Shown: piece by piece, positions 51,632 through 64,000 of the stretch
How positions within the stretch are numbered: position 1 is the first letter of the stretch
How the letters are laid out: each line of letters starts with the position of its first letter
Assembly (NCBI RefSeq): GCF_002571385.2
Contig: NW_019218203.1
Coordinates: 1 to 64,000 of the forward strand
DNA length: 64,000 nt
Direction of reading: 5' to 3'
Origin: Stylophora pistillata
Lineage: Eukaryota
Made by a program: the position numbers and the translations under genes
Notes under the pieces: generated by a model
Seen by the model: the letters and a program-made list of their open reading frames with translations, nothing else
The model's database searches: none
What the model was told of the DNA's origin: nothing

Positions 51632-54600
51632 ATGGCAGTTTATTCAACTGCTGTGATGTGGGAAATTATCTTTCTGTTGTTTGTAAAGTGCATCACACCA
51701 ACTTGTGCTAGTGGCACAAATATCGGTGGTGAGATAGTCGTCGACACAAACCTAACACTGAATGGAACCCCCTATGTGGTGACTCAGGACCTCATTGTAG
51801 CCGAGAACGCAACTCTCAGCATTCAACCAGGAGTACACTTGGACTTTGATGTTGCAGTTTCCTTGAAAGTTAAAGGTTCTGTGGTAGCAAAAGGGGATCT
51901 CCTTCAACGAATTGTTTTTACCATGAACCCGACAAATAATTCAGTAAACAGTTCCTATACCACACCGTTGAACTTACACTATAACGAACGAATTCGGCTC
52001 CGTGATGGGAGCAGTCCTCAAGATGGGCGCTTGGAGATTTTCGTGAATGGACAATGGGGAACTGTATGCGATGATAGGTGGGACATCAGCGATACTCAGG
52101 TAAATTTAATGGACATTGCTCTATCTTCTTATTGAAGAGGACATGGAAATGGAATTAAGATCATCTTCTATTTTGCCATAGGCAAATTATAATCGCAAAA
52201 AAATTTTATGGCACTGAATGGAACTTCAGTAAACAGAATTTAACCTGGTACTAGCTCACAAACAGTAAAGGCCACTAGTTCGCACAAAGAAAAAAAATGA
52301 GCCATTTTCACCGGCTTGCAGTCTCACTTTCAAACGTTCGACAACACATGAAAGAGAGCTATCCCTACCAGAACCGTTCAAATAGAAACACTGATAAATT
52401 AATTCGCTTGCATACGATTTATGGTCCGCCGTGCATCACCTTTAAACGTTCGTCTCTTTTTTACGAGCATAGGTCGCCTGCAGGCATATGGGTTTCAAAG
52501 AGGCCAAAAGATTCTACACGTTCGGTTGGGGAGATGGGCCTATCTGGTTAGATGATGTCGACTGTCATGGTCACGAAATGAGTTTGCTTCATTGCCGACA
52601 TCGAGGAATTGGATCTCATAATTGTGGTAGGTATTCGATATACAACCAAAAAACTAAAACGATCTCATGATAATCTATTGAAGTAAGAATCCCTGTCAAA
52701 ATATTTACTCACTGAATAGGTCATGGTGAGGATGTTGGAATTGAGTGCCAAATACAGGAATTGAGTGTCAAATATCCTCTTTGGAACGGGATTGAGTTCA
52801 TTGGTTCAAAGAAGTTCCGAGTGATAAAGTACGTGGACATCTCTCAAGCTCATAAAGCAATAAGCGGTAATGGATTTCTCCCACATCTCGATTATGTGAC
52901 TGTCAAAAGATCTCTGTATGGAGTGATGACCATAAATGGGAGTTATCCGCTGGCCATAAGTAATAGCAGTTTTAAAGATAATTTATTCGCTGCTATCAAT
53001 CTGAAGAGTCACTCTGGGAATGTTACAGTAGAGAACACCGTGATGGAAAATGCAACGTTAGGGTTTCAATACTCCGGAATTGCCTCAGATTCAGTAGACG
53101 TTGATTGTTCATTTCAAGGTAAGGATATACATAAATCAGTCTAGATAAAATTAGGAATTGGACGACATAAATTCCAAGTCAACAAACCACATACGAGTTA
53201 TCATGAACTTTGCGTTAGCTAAAAAAACTTCTTTGATAAGTTCTTATCTTAAAAACATGGTCAAGGACTGCAGATCCAGTCTGTTTCCGTCTTTTGGCTC
53301 AAATCTCAACCAAAAGTACGTGTGCTATAACCCATATGCAGAAAACATTAAGATAAGGCAGCCCCAGATTTGAGGAGCAGAGATATTCTTCCATGGTAAA
53401 TTTAATTAAAAGTGATTCCAATGTATAACAAAATACCCTTGTGTTCTATAACACCCAGTAATCAAAACGTAAATTAAGATGGGACAACTAGGAAGTCTTT
53501 GTCGGGTTAGGTTAATAGAGATTGTTTCGCTTGAAAATTCTGCATATGTTCAGCGATGAATTCCTTTCTGAGAAAATCAATAATTGCTTCTTTCTTATTT
53601 TTTGTGAAGCACAACTCTCTTTTGCGATTTGAAAACCGCGTCCAATGGCAGTTTTAACTTTGTCGATTGAAGCAATTTCTTGACGCAATTATTAAGTTCA
53701 TTGCGGCGAAATATAGGTACCTGAAGCAAAAGGAATTGAGTCAATTTAATTTTCGACAACTGTAAACAATCCATTGAAGAGGTGGAAATTATACTGTGCT
53801 AAGTTTTCAAAATGTTGGTTAAGGATGATTAGAACTAAACCAGGACAGAAATTGATGGTTTATTATGAATCCATTGATGGATCGAACTTTGAACTCTAAG
53901 TACGTGATGGAAACACAACAAATAAGGTTTTGATAGAATGATGGTGATTCAGATGCCAAAGAAATATGATTTTAATTAAGGGTTACAAAGGGGAAATCCA
54001 AAGGGATGGGCTAGTGATCGATCCAAACCCCCCTCTTTCCCGAACCTGTAGAACCTATGGATATTCACTTCTTGTCTGACAATGACAGTTTTTCAATGCA
54101 AGGGTCCCATATTACTATTCAACCGGCTGATGCTTCTGAGATGATATTCGCGTGAGTGTGAAACACTCTAAAACAAATACCCAGAGGTGTGCAAAGGGAT
54201 ACCCTCTGATGTCTTGCCGTTACTTGCTCTTGCAGAGCCGAAAAATTCACGGGCGTTAAAATAAATAAACTTAAGCTCGTCTCTACGTGCTGAAACAGGT
54301 CTGCCAAATGACGTATAGAGTGTAACGGAGAGTAATGGGAGAGGGGAGGGGGGTGAGGGTGAAGGCGTTGGCTGATAGAAAAGTTAGCCAGTTGATATTT
54401 GTGTGCTTCCCCTGTAAAAAATTTCCTGGATCAGTCTCGGTATCATCACGTGGTGTCCCCCTACTCTACCAAAGCAGGACTGTGTTTCCTAGTACATTCG
54501 TAATGTAACATCTGTTGATTTTCTCACAGGAATTGGGTGTTTCTGACCAAGAAGCAAAATCATCTATTACATTTTTTTCGTGTTATTGTTACTCTCTGTT

Positions 54601-57164
54601 TGCGGCTCCGGTTGATGAATATCGCCCAAGCTTTTGGTGACATCTTATATTAGGGACCTTTAGCACTGACGACGAGAACGTGGACGACGACGGATATGAC
54701 NGATTTAGGCCTGGGACGGGACCGTCGTCCACGGCGGGAAACATAAACACTTTAGCACATCGGTTACGTGGACGAGTCCTTTACTGCTAATTTGAAAATG
54801 CAAAAATTATCCACTAAAACAATTCAACTTTTTTTCAGTGTTGTAATCAACGTCAAGTGATTCAGAGCTAAGTTTACATACACAGTCGATCCGAGCGGTT
54901 CGGATATTTTTCAAAGCCCAGAAATCTTCTTAAAAATGCCAGCTGGCATAAATTACAAAACTCTAACGAAATATCCGCGATTTATATTTATAAAAGCATT
55001 TATAAGGCTACGTACATACCCTACAGCACTTTTATCATCATCCGCCATTGCTTTCTCCGCTATAAACTGTAAAGCTCAATCTGCAACTCGAAGGAAATAA
55101 AGTTTTTTCCATCACGGTACGATCAAATTACTTTCGGCACTGCTTTTATTCCCCAACCGACTCTTTAGATTTTAAGAAATCCCTAAGATAGGTAAGTAGA
55201 AATTAGAAAACAAATAAAACATACTCACGTTCTCGTCAAGACGGCAAATGGCGGCAAATGGCGTTTTGAACGAGATGTAGAAGACGACTCGTGCTCGATT
55301 AAGCATGCGTGGTAGCATTGAAATTCGTTTTCCCAACTTCCGGTCGGTCACATTCACGTTCTCGTCGTCACTGTTAAAGGTCCCTACTAGGTGCTAAGCG
55401 ACTAGCAAGATACACAATTGTGTATAACTGTCGGGTTGAAAACTGTGCCTGTGGTGTTTATATTCAAATGTTGTGGCTTTTGTACGTTTTCATAATTCTA
55501 ATAATTAATATTATGGTTTTTACTCTGTTTTGGGCAAATCTTAAGCTGCATTCATTTACAAATCTCACAGTTATTGGCTTTTAAGTTGATACATTTTTTC
55601 AAAAGCACGTCAAGGATCTGAAAAGTTGAAAGGTCACTGAATCAGAGTCGTTTCTATTTTCAGATTGTTGCTCCCTGGTAGTACTCAATTGTTCATTTAG
55701 TAATAACAGGGTAAGTGGCATATCTTTAAAAGATTTCGCAGGAAAGGTAGACATTTTTAGGACCATCTTCTCTAAAAATGGAATGGATGGTATGACAGTT
55801 GAACGGACCTCTGGTAAAATAACGGTGGTTGGCTCTCAGTTTATTAATAACAGCTTCAATGGTCTTCGCTTCTCGAACAGTAGCTTTCTGCCGTGTAACG
55901 GGTACAATGGATCGAATATCCAGCGGATGGCTTTCAAAGGTAAAATTTCTGATTCAGAGTTCATTGAAAATGGTTACAACGGACTTGAGTTCACTAATGG
56001 CGCTGGCGAAGTTGTTATACAAAACATTACTGCAATTTTAAATAATCAAAGTGGTGTAAGGGCTTACGGTGGTAGGATCTCCACTGAATTTAAATTTTGC
56101 GAGTTTTCAAGAAACCAAGAAGATGGATGCTACATTGCCAACCAGGCAGGATCTCACCAATTTTACAACTGCTCGGCAAGTTCAAATTTGAGATTTGGAA
56201 TGAGCGTATCAGATCCAAGTTATTACTCTTCACCAAGTTATTACTCTTCACCAAGTTATTATTTCGAGAAATTTATTTTAAAGGATAGCACCATCCAAAA
56301 CAATGCACTTTTCGGAATCAAATTAACCTTTGGGGGAAAAATTCGGAACGAGTATGAAGACAATTCTACAATGGTGATTAACAGGAATTCATTTGTTGGA
56401 AACAAGGGAGGAGGCATCGTTTTGTCGCCCAACTCGCACAGGTGGTATTGGTGGTGGCATTGGAACTACCCAAGAACGATTAATTTTGTTGTGAAGAATA
56501 ATCTTTTTGAACAAAACAAAGTTAACTCAATTTATGTTAACTGTTTCGGTTTTCTTGGTTCAAATTCGTCGTTAGAATCAAACACATTCCTAAACAATAG
56601 TGACGGTGTGGTGACGTTCTTACCTAATAACTATTGTGAACCTGATCGCAAAGGTAACCCCATCATCATGACAATCGACAGAAATACATTCACCAAAAAT
56701 CGTGCTGAAAATTTGATATATATCGACTTCAAACTATACCCTGAGACACGCTCAGCCTCTATAAGAAATAATACGTTTAATGACAACGCGCCTCCTTCGA
56801 AAGAACATTTTCCAAACTTTTTCCGTCGGCTAACAAGTCGTGCAGTGATTGTTCTTAAGGAAGGAAATTTTACGGTACAAGATAACATCTTTGAAAACCC
56901 CGACTTCACATTTCAGATCTCTTCATTGCTTCATGATCACCATCGAATTGTTGATACAGAAATGAACTGGTGGGGAACCGCTGATGGATGCAAAATTATG
57001 GACAGAGTGTTTGATTTTCAACACAATTCCCAGTTATCCCAATTTCGATTCTTCCCATATTACACCTCCTCGGACAAAAGTGCCGTGACTACTTCAAGAC
57101 CATACTGTTTCCTTAGAGGTTCCAGCATCGGTGGAAGCCTAGACAGTCTGCTGACCTTGTCAAA
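51632..57164 (+). CDS. Bark-like copy B, partial (exons 51632-52099, 52473-52626, 52720-53118, 55664-57164; exon 4 decayed)
   Basis: Homologous to copy A exons 1, 2, 3 and 5; the frame stays open if exon 4 is skipped; ends at a single N (57165). Confidence 0.75.
53825..53965 (+). pseudogene. Decayed exon 4 (CUB-like) of copy B
   Basis: [16 protein letters not shown]...FEL* with internal deletions and no donor site. Confidence 0.75.
54652..55385. mobile_element. MITE (PIF/Harbinger-like GGG..CCC termini) in copy B only
   Basis: TIRs AGGGACCTTTAGCACTGACGACGAGAACGTG and CACGTTCTCGTCGTCACTGTTAAAGGTCCCT; absent at ~60388 in copy C. Confidence 0.8.
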
Positions 57165-57876
57165 NCCGAATATATTATAAAGCTGGAGCATTTTCCAAGA
57201 ATGAATGTTGTCTACTTTGTTAGGGCTTGGTACCAGAATAATCCGAGTTGAGAATCTTATCGATCAAAAATTGAAGCTTTTGTAGTGATATTGAAACCCA
57301 TGGCTTTCTCCTGCAAACTAGTATGAATTTAGGAAGGTGATGACATCATCCCCATCCTTCTCGCCTGGGAGAATGGACTAGTTGTGTCTTAGAGGGTTTG
57401 TGGATGGACCTGTCCATTAAATGAACCTTTTGCTAATAAAAGGGGTAAGTTTCTAAGGGAACTGCGGTGCTGCGTCGGTGGGGATAACAAGTTTACATTA
57501 CCAAAGTTGACATTACGAATTTACTTTTGCTAATAATTTTCAGATGAAAATGTTTTAGACAAATTGATCCCCGTCTTTTATGTATGCAAGTAGCTTGAAG
57601 ACTTACCACACAGCAAACAATAGCATTCTGTACAATGATTTCCAATTTGTTTTTGCAGTAGTAGCCATATGTAGTCTTTGCCATCCTATGCTTCATTTTC
57701 CATGTTGTTTTGTCGAACTCGAGTTAATAATTTTCTGCGCTGTTATGTGTTACGAGAATTTTTCATAATGAAATTATACAGCAGACTTTCCCTTAAATCT
57801 GGGCCAATCAAAACTCACAGAATTTTCCGCCTGCATTACCTTTAAGGCATAGAAACCTTGGAGTTATCGACCAGAC

Positions 57877-60800
57877 ATGGCAGTTTATTCAACTGCTGTG
57901 ATGTGGGAAATTATCTTTCTGTTGTTTGTAAAGTGTATCACACTAACTTGTGCCAGTGGCACAAATATCGGTGGTGAGATAGTCGTCGACACAAACCTAA
58001 CACTGAATGGAACCCCCTATGTGGTGACTCAGGACCTCATTGTAGCCGAGAACGCTACTCTCAGCATTCAACCAGGAGTACAGTTGCACTTTGATGTTGC
58101 AGTTTCCTTGAAAGTTAAAGGTTCTCTGGTAGCAAAAGGGGATGTCCTTCAACGAATTGTTTTTACCATGAACCCGACAAATAATTCAGTAAACAGTTCC
58201 TATACCACACCGTTGAACTTACCCTATAACGAACGAATTCGGCTCCGTGATGGGAGCAGTCATCAAGATGGGCGATTGGAGATTTTCATGAATGGACAAT
58301 GGGGAACTGTATGCGATGATAGGTGGGACATCAGCGATACTCAGGTAAATTTAATGGACATTGCTCTATCTTCTTATTGAAGAGGACATGGAAATGGAAT
58401 TAAGATCATCTTCTATTTTGCCAAAGGCAAATTATAATCGCTAAAATATTTTATGGCACTGAATGGAACTTCAGTAAACAGAATTTAACCTGGTACTAGC
58501 TCAAAAACAGTAAAGGCCACTAGTTCGCAAAAAGAAAAAAAATGAGCCATTTTCTGCGGCTTGCAGTCTCACTTTCAAACGTTCGACAACACATGAAAGA
58601 GAGCTATCCCTACCAGAACCGTTCAAATAGAAACACTGATAAATTAATTCTCTTGCATACGATTTATGGTCCGCCGTGCATCACCTTTAAACGCTCGTCT
58701 CTTTTTTACGATCATAGGTCGCCTGCAGGCATGTGGGTTTCAAAGAGGCCAAAAGATTCTACACGTTCGGTGGGGGAGATGGGCCTATCTGGTTAGATGA
58801 TGTCGACTGTTATGGTCGTGAGATGAGTTTGCTTCATTGCCGACATCGAGGAATTGGATCTCATAATTGTGGTAGGTATTCGATATACAACCAAAAAACT
58901 AAAACGATCTCATGATAATCTATTGAAGTAAGAATCACTGTCAAAATATTTACTCACTGAATAGGTCATGGTGAGGATGTTGGAATTGAGTGCCAAATAC
59001 AGGAATTGAGTGCCAAATATCCTCTTTGGAACGGGATTGAGTTCATTGGTTCAAAGAAGTTCCGAGTGATAAAGTACGTGGACATCTCTCAAGCTCGTAA
59101 AGCAATAAGCGGTGATGGATTTCTCCCACATCTCGATCATGTGATTGTCAAAAGATCTCTGTATGGGGTGATGACCATAAATGGGAGTTATCCGCTGACC
59201 ATAAGTAATAGCAGTATTAAAGATAATTTTTTCGCTGCTATCTATCTGGAGAGTCACTCTGGGAATGTTACAATAAAGAACACCGCGATAGAAAATACAA
59301 CGTTCGGGTTTCAGTACTCTGGAATTACCTTTGATTCAGTGGATGTTTGTTCATTTCGAGGTAAGGATATACAGAAATCGGTCTAGATAAAATTAGGAAT
59401 TGGTCGACATAAGTTCGAAGTCAACAAACCATATACGAGTTATCATGAACTTTTGCATTGGCTAAAAAAGACATCTTTGATAAGTTCTTGTCTTGAAACA
59501 TGGTCAAGGACAGTAAATCTGGTCTGTTCTCTTCTTTTGGCTCAAATCTCTACCGAAAGTTTACGCGTGTTAGAACCCATCTCCAGAAAACATTAAAGAT
59601 AACGCAACCCCAGATTTGGGGAGCTGAGATTTCATTGTTCCATGGTAAATTTAATTTAATTTCTGATTCCAATGTGTAGCAAAATACACTTGTGTTCTAT
59701 TACACCCAGCAATCAGAATATAAATTAACGTGGGACAACTAGGTAGTCTATGTCAGGTTAGGTTAACACAGATTTTTTCGCTTCAAAGTTCTACATATGT
59801 TCAGCGAAGCACTCGTTTTGGACAAAATCAATACTAGCTTCTTTGTCCTTTTTTTGTAAAGCAGAACTCTCTTTTGAGGTTTGAAAACCGCGTCCAATGG
59901 CAGTTTTAACATTGTAAATTAAAGCAATTCAGTTTGAGACAATTCTGATTAAGTTCATTGCGGCGAAATATTGGTACCCTAAAGTAAGTGGAATTGAGTC
60001 AATTCAATTTCCTTACGACAACTGTAAAACAATCCAGTAGAGAATTGGAAGCTATGCTATGCTAAGTTTTCGAAATGTTGCTTAAAGATAGTTAGAACTT
60101 ACCCAGGACAGAAATTTATGGTTTATTATGAAACCATTGGTGGTTCGAACTTTGAACTTCAAGTACGTGATGGAAACACAACAAAAGCCCCAAAAATTTC
60201 GTTTGTGAACCAACGGACAGGTGTTGTCCCACCATCTTTGAACTCTGGTCACGGACTCTTCTCACAGGACTTGAGTGTTTCTCACCAAAAAGCGAAATCT
60301 ACTACTACATTTTGTTCGTGTTATTTTTACTCTTTGTTTGCGGCTCCGGTTGATGAATATCGCCGAATCTTTTGGTGATATGTTGTATAAGGTGCTAAGG
60401 GACTTGCAAGAAACTTTGTGTATAACTGTCGAGTTTAAAACTGTGCCTATGATGTTTATATTCAAATGTTGTGGTTTTTCAGGTTTTCATATGTCTAATA
60501 ATTATGGTTTTCACTCTGATTCGGGCAAATTTTAAGCTGCACCCATTTAAAAATCTCACAGTTATTGGTTTTTGAGTTAATAAATTTTTTTCCAAAAGTA
60601 CGTCAAGGATTTTAAAGGTTGAAAGGTAACTGTATCACGGCCCTTTCTCTTTTCAGATTGTTGCTCCCTGGTAGTGCTCAATTGTTCATTGAGTGATAAC
60701 AGGATAAATGCCATATCTTTGAAAGATTTCGTAGGAAAGGTAGAAATTTCTAAGACCATCTTCTCTGGAAATGGAATGGATGGTTTGACGGTTGAACGGA

Positions 60801-63800
60801 TCTATGGTAGAATAACGGTGGTTGGCTCTCATTTTATTAACAACAACGCCAGCGGTCTTCGCTTCTGGGACAGTAGCTTTCTGCCGTGTAAAAATCGGAA
60901 CGAGTATGAAGTCAATTCTACTATGGTGGTAAACAGAAACTCCTTTGTTGGAAACAAAGGAGGAGGTATCGTTTTGTCGCCAAATTCGCACAGGTGGTAT
61001 TGGTGGTGGCGATGGAACTACCCAAGAACAATTGATTTTGTTGTGAAGAATAATCTTTTTGAACAAAACAAAGTTAACTCAATTTATGTTAACTGTTTCG
61101 GTTTTCTTGGTTCAAATTCGTCGTTAGAATCAAACACATTCTTAAACAATAGTGACGGTGTGGTGACGTTCTTACCTAATAACTATTGCGAACCTGATCG
61201 CAAAGGTAACCCTGTTATCGTGACAATCGACAGAAATACATTCACCAAAAATCGTGCTGAAAATCTGATATATATCGACTTCAAAATATACCCTGAGCCA
61301 CGCTCAGCCTCTATAAGAAATAATACGTTTAATGACAACGAGCCTCCTACGAAAGAACATTTTCCAAACTTTTTCCGTCGGCTAACAAGTCGTGCAGTGA
61401 TTGTTCTTAAGGAAGGAAATTTTACAGTACAAGAGAACATCTTTGAAAACCCCGACTTCACATTTCAGATTTCTTCATTGCTTCGGGATCACCATCGAAT
61501 TGTTGATGCAGAAATGAACTGGTGGGGAACCGCTGATGGATGCAAAATTATGGACAGAGTGTTTGATTTTCAACACAATTCCCAGTTATCCCAATTTCGA
61601 TTCTTCCCATATTACACCTCATAGGCCAAAAGTCCCGTGACTACTTCAAGACCATACTGTTTCCTTAGAGGTTCCAGCATCGGTGGAAGCCTAGACAGTC
61701 TGCTGACCTTGTCAAACGCTGACTCACCTTACGACGTCCGACAAGACGTTGTTATCCTGACCAACGGTACTTTGCTCATACCTAAAAATGTCACGTTAAG
61801 GTTTTCTCCCAGGTCAGTGATGGTGGTGAAAGGAACGCTCATTGTCAATGGGACTGAAAATGAAAAAGTTAGATTTTCGACAAAGCCATACCAAGAGGAA
61901 TTCCGTTTGGCTGGAGGCGCTGGTCCTTGGGAGGGCAGAGTGGAATTTCTGGTAGATAACACCTGGTCGCCAGTGTGCGTTTCTTACAACAGATCGTTTA
62001 TCTCAGAATCAAAAGTTATTTGCCAGAAACTCAACCTCTATTATCAGACTTATTGGCTTCACACTCCTACTGAACAAGGCACTGGCTTTGTGCATAACGT
62101 CATCTGCGATGAGAACATTGACAATGATATCGTCAATTGCAGCGCTAACACTTGGAGTTATAGACCTACCTGTACAGGTTATACTGTACACGTGACTTGT
62201 CAACAGTACAACTGGGCTGGGCTTCACCTAGCAATGACCAGTCATCAAAGCAGCTTACTTTACCTGGAAATCTTAGATGCTGGGTTCGCATATCGCAGTG
62301 ACATCCAAATTTCCGGTGCAGCTCTGACAATCGACCTTAATCATCATAACATAACTAACGTTTTAATGAATAACTCTTTTGGAATTGGTGTTCAAGTGGT
62401 ATACCAGACATTACTTCATTACAAGTCGTTGATGCCACAATCTACAATATCATATACAAAGTCACACGGTGTTCTCTCATACTCTCCGTCCCTCATTCTC
62501 ACAGACATAAATATCACAAGAAACGATGGGAATGGTTTCTTTTTCAAAAGCGCAACACGTTCTTTGGATACAATACACACGTTTACAACTGAAATGGCCA
62601 GTCGAGACATAAAAAAAACTCTTTACATCTGCTCCCGCAACAAAACGTTTGTACCCCCTAAAAAAGTATTTTATTTTGGTCTAGAAACACTGGAACATAG
62701 CCTTCAGTTCAGATGTCAACATGTCGTGGAAACAGAGCCAGGGTATATAATAGTTATTCAGCAGCTTTACAGGTCATCATATCTAAACGATTACGATATG
62801 TTCCTGCACGTGTATAACGGCGTAAATATGTCACTTGGGACGCCATTTAGGATGGGATCATCATCCGCGGAGAATCGACTTGTTTTCACCTCTGTGAATT
62901 CTTCGATTTTTTTTTATTTTTTCAAGCGCTCTGGCATCAGTGAAGTCATCAACTTCTTGGTGTATACAGTGAAAGGTTTGTTTCTTTTTAGAACCAGCTC
63001 CTATTTCCATGATATATTAACTACGATTGGCAGTGATGTCGTCATGTGACTGGCCAATTTATCGTTGTCGACAAGAGTACAGACAACGCTACTCGCGTTA
63101 GCGTGTCATGGAATGTATTTGTCAGCTCTTAAACATAAATGACTCGGAAATTCTGACGTCGTTAATGCAGTAAAATACAAATAAACAGTGGTTGAGCGGG
63201 GTCTGTCAAAAACTTTTGCGGTTTCACTCGGCTGCGCCTCGTGAGACCAACAACATTTTGACCGTTGTGATGACAGTACAGACCACGCTAAACCACATCT
63301 AACATCGGTTTGTTTTTTGCCAAGTCATTTCTGTTTGAATGAAAATACTATCTTTATTGTTTGAAGCTGGGGCAGATCCTTGAAAAAAAGTTAACAAAGG
63401 AACCATAGGTGATAGGTTCTGATGTTTATTGGGCAAGCCTCGTCAATTCAACCCAGAGAGGTTTTCTTTCTTGCTTTCTTTTCATTTTGATTAAGGAATC
63501 AATCATGAAACAAATAAGAGGAACAATTAAACTCAAAGTATCGGAGAGAATACACAATCAGGATGAAGCAGTAGTAATTAATATTAATTTTGCTGTTTTT
63601 AGGAGACTAAAACAGTTGTAATTTTTTATCGTTTTCCGCAGAAAGTCAAACCTTTATGTACTTCGGAGGAGAAATCAAAATAGCTCGAGCTAACATAGCC
63701 AATAGCCTTCAGTCAGGTATTCTGATTGAAGTGATCTCTCAGAATGTTACCGTGCGAGACTGTGTGGTTACCGGATCATTATATCATGGCATATATATCT

Positions 63801-64000
63801 CCACACATTATAGATATTAGTGGTCAGCCCATGGCATTGTTAGGATTTCAAACTCGAGTATTACAGCAAATCATCAACGCGGCCTCTATATCCTGGACTA
63901 CTCATTCGGGAATGACTTAAACATTTTACTGACTGGTAACTTGATCTCTTCAAACATCAGAGGAGGAGTTTTGTATTACGCCTCTTATTGGTATTACTCT
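57877..64000 (+). pseudogene. Bark-like copy C (exons 57877-58344, 58718-58871, 58965-59360, 60657-62975, 63642 to end), two nonsense codons
   Basis: Homologous to copies A and B; in-frame TAG at 61622-61624 and 63818-63820; the exon 4 remnant (~60088-60260) has lost its donor. Confidence 0.8.

Overview
Eukaryotic, intron-rich, AT-rich DNA. The repeat content suggests a cnidarian, probably a stony coral (inference). The window starts with the last three exons of a VWA7/hemicentin-like gene (+). The main structure is a tandem array of giant Bark-beetle/Anakonda-like genes on the + strand. Copy A (23103-43395) has 15 phase-consistent GT-AG exons (~2940 codons). It encodes a signal peptide, three repeats of [SRCR + CUB-like + beta-helix + NWWG motif], a MAM domain inserted in repeat 3, a C-type lectin domain, a Ly6/uPAR three-finger domain and a T/P stalk. 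One in-frame TAA (38737) lies just before the lectin/Ly6 tail. Copies B (51632-57164, cut at a single-N assembly join) and C (57877 to the end, two nonsense codons) have lost the first CUB-like module by a frame-preserving deletion plus exon loss. They also carry in-frame beta-helix deletions and altered Tyr/Trp-rich loops. A fourth, vestigial promoter/exon-1 copy lies at ~14.2 kb and a vWA pseudo-exon at ~45.2 kb. Intergenic and intronic DNA holds an apparently intact piggyBac (18215-21123), many truncated LINEs, Penelope-like elements with minimal hammerhead ribozymes, a Foldback/MULE-like element, MITEs whose empty sites are visible in paralogous blocks, and palindromic elements sharing a CGAGGC..GCCGAG core. 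All calls come from manual reading; no database searches were run.
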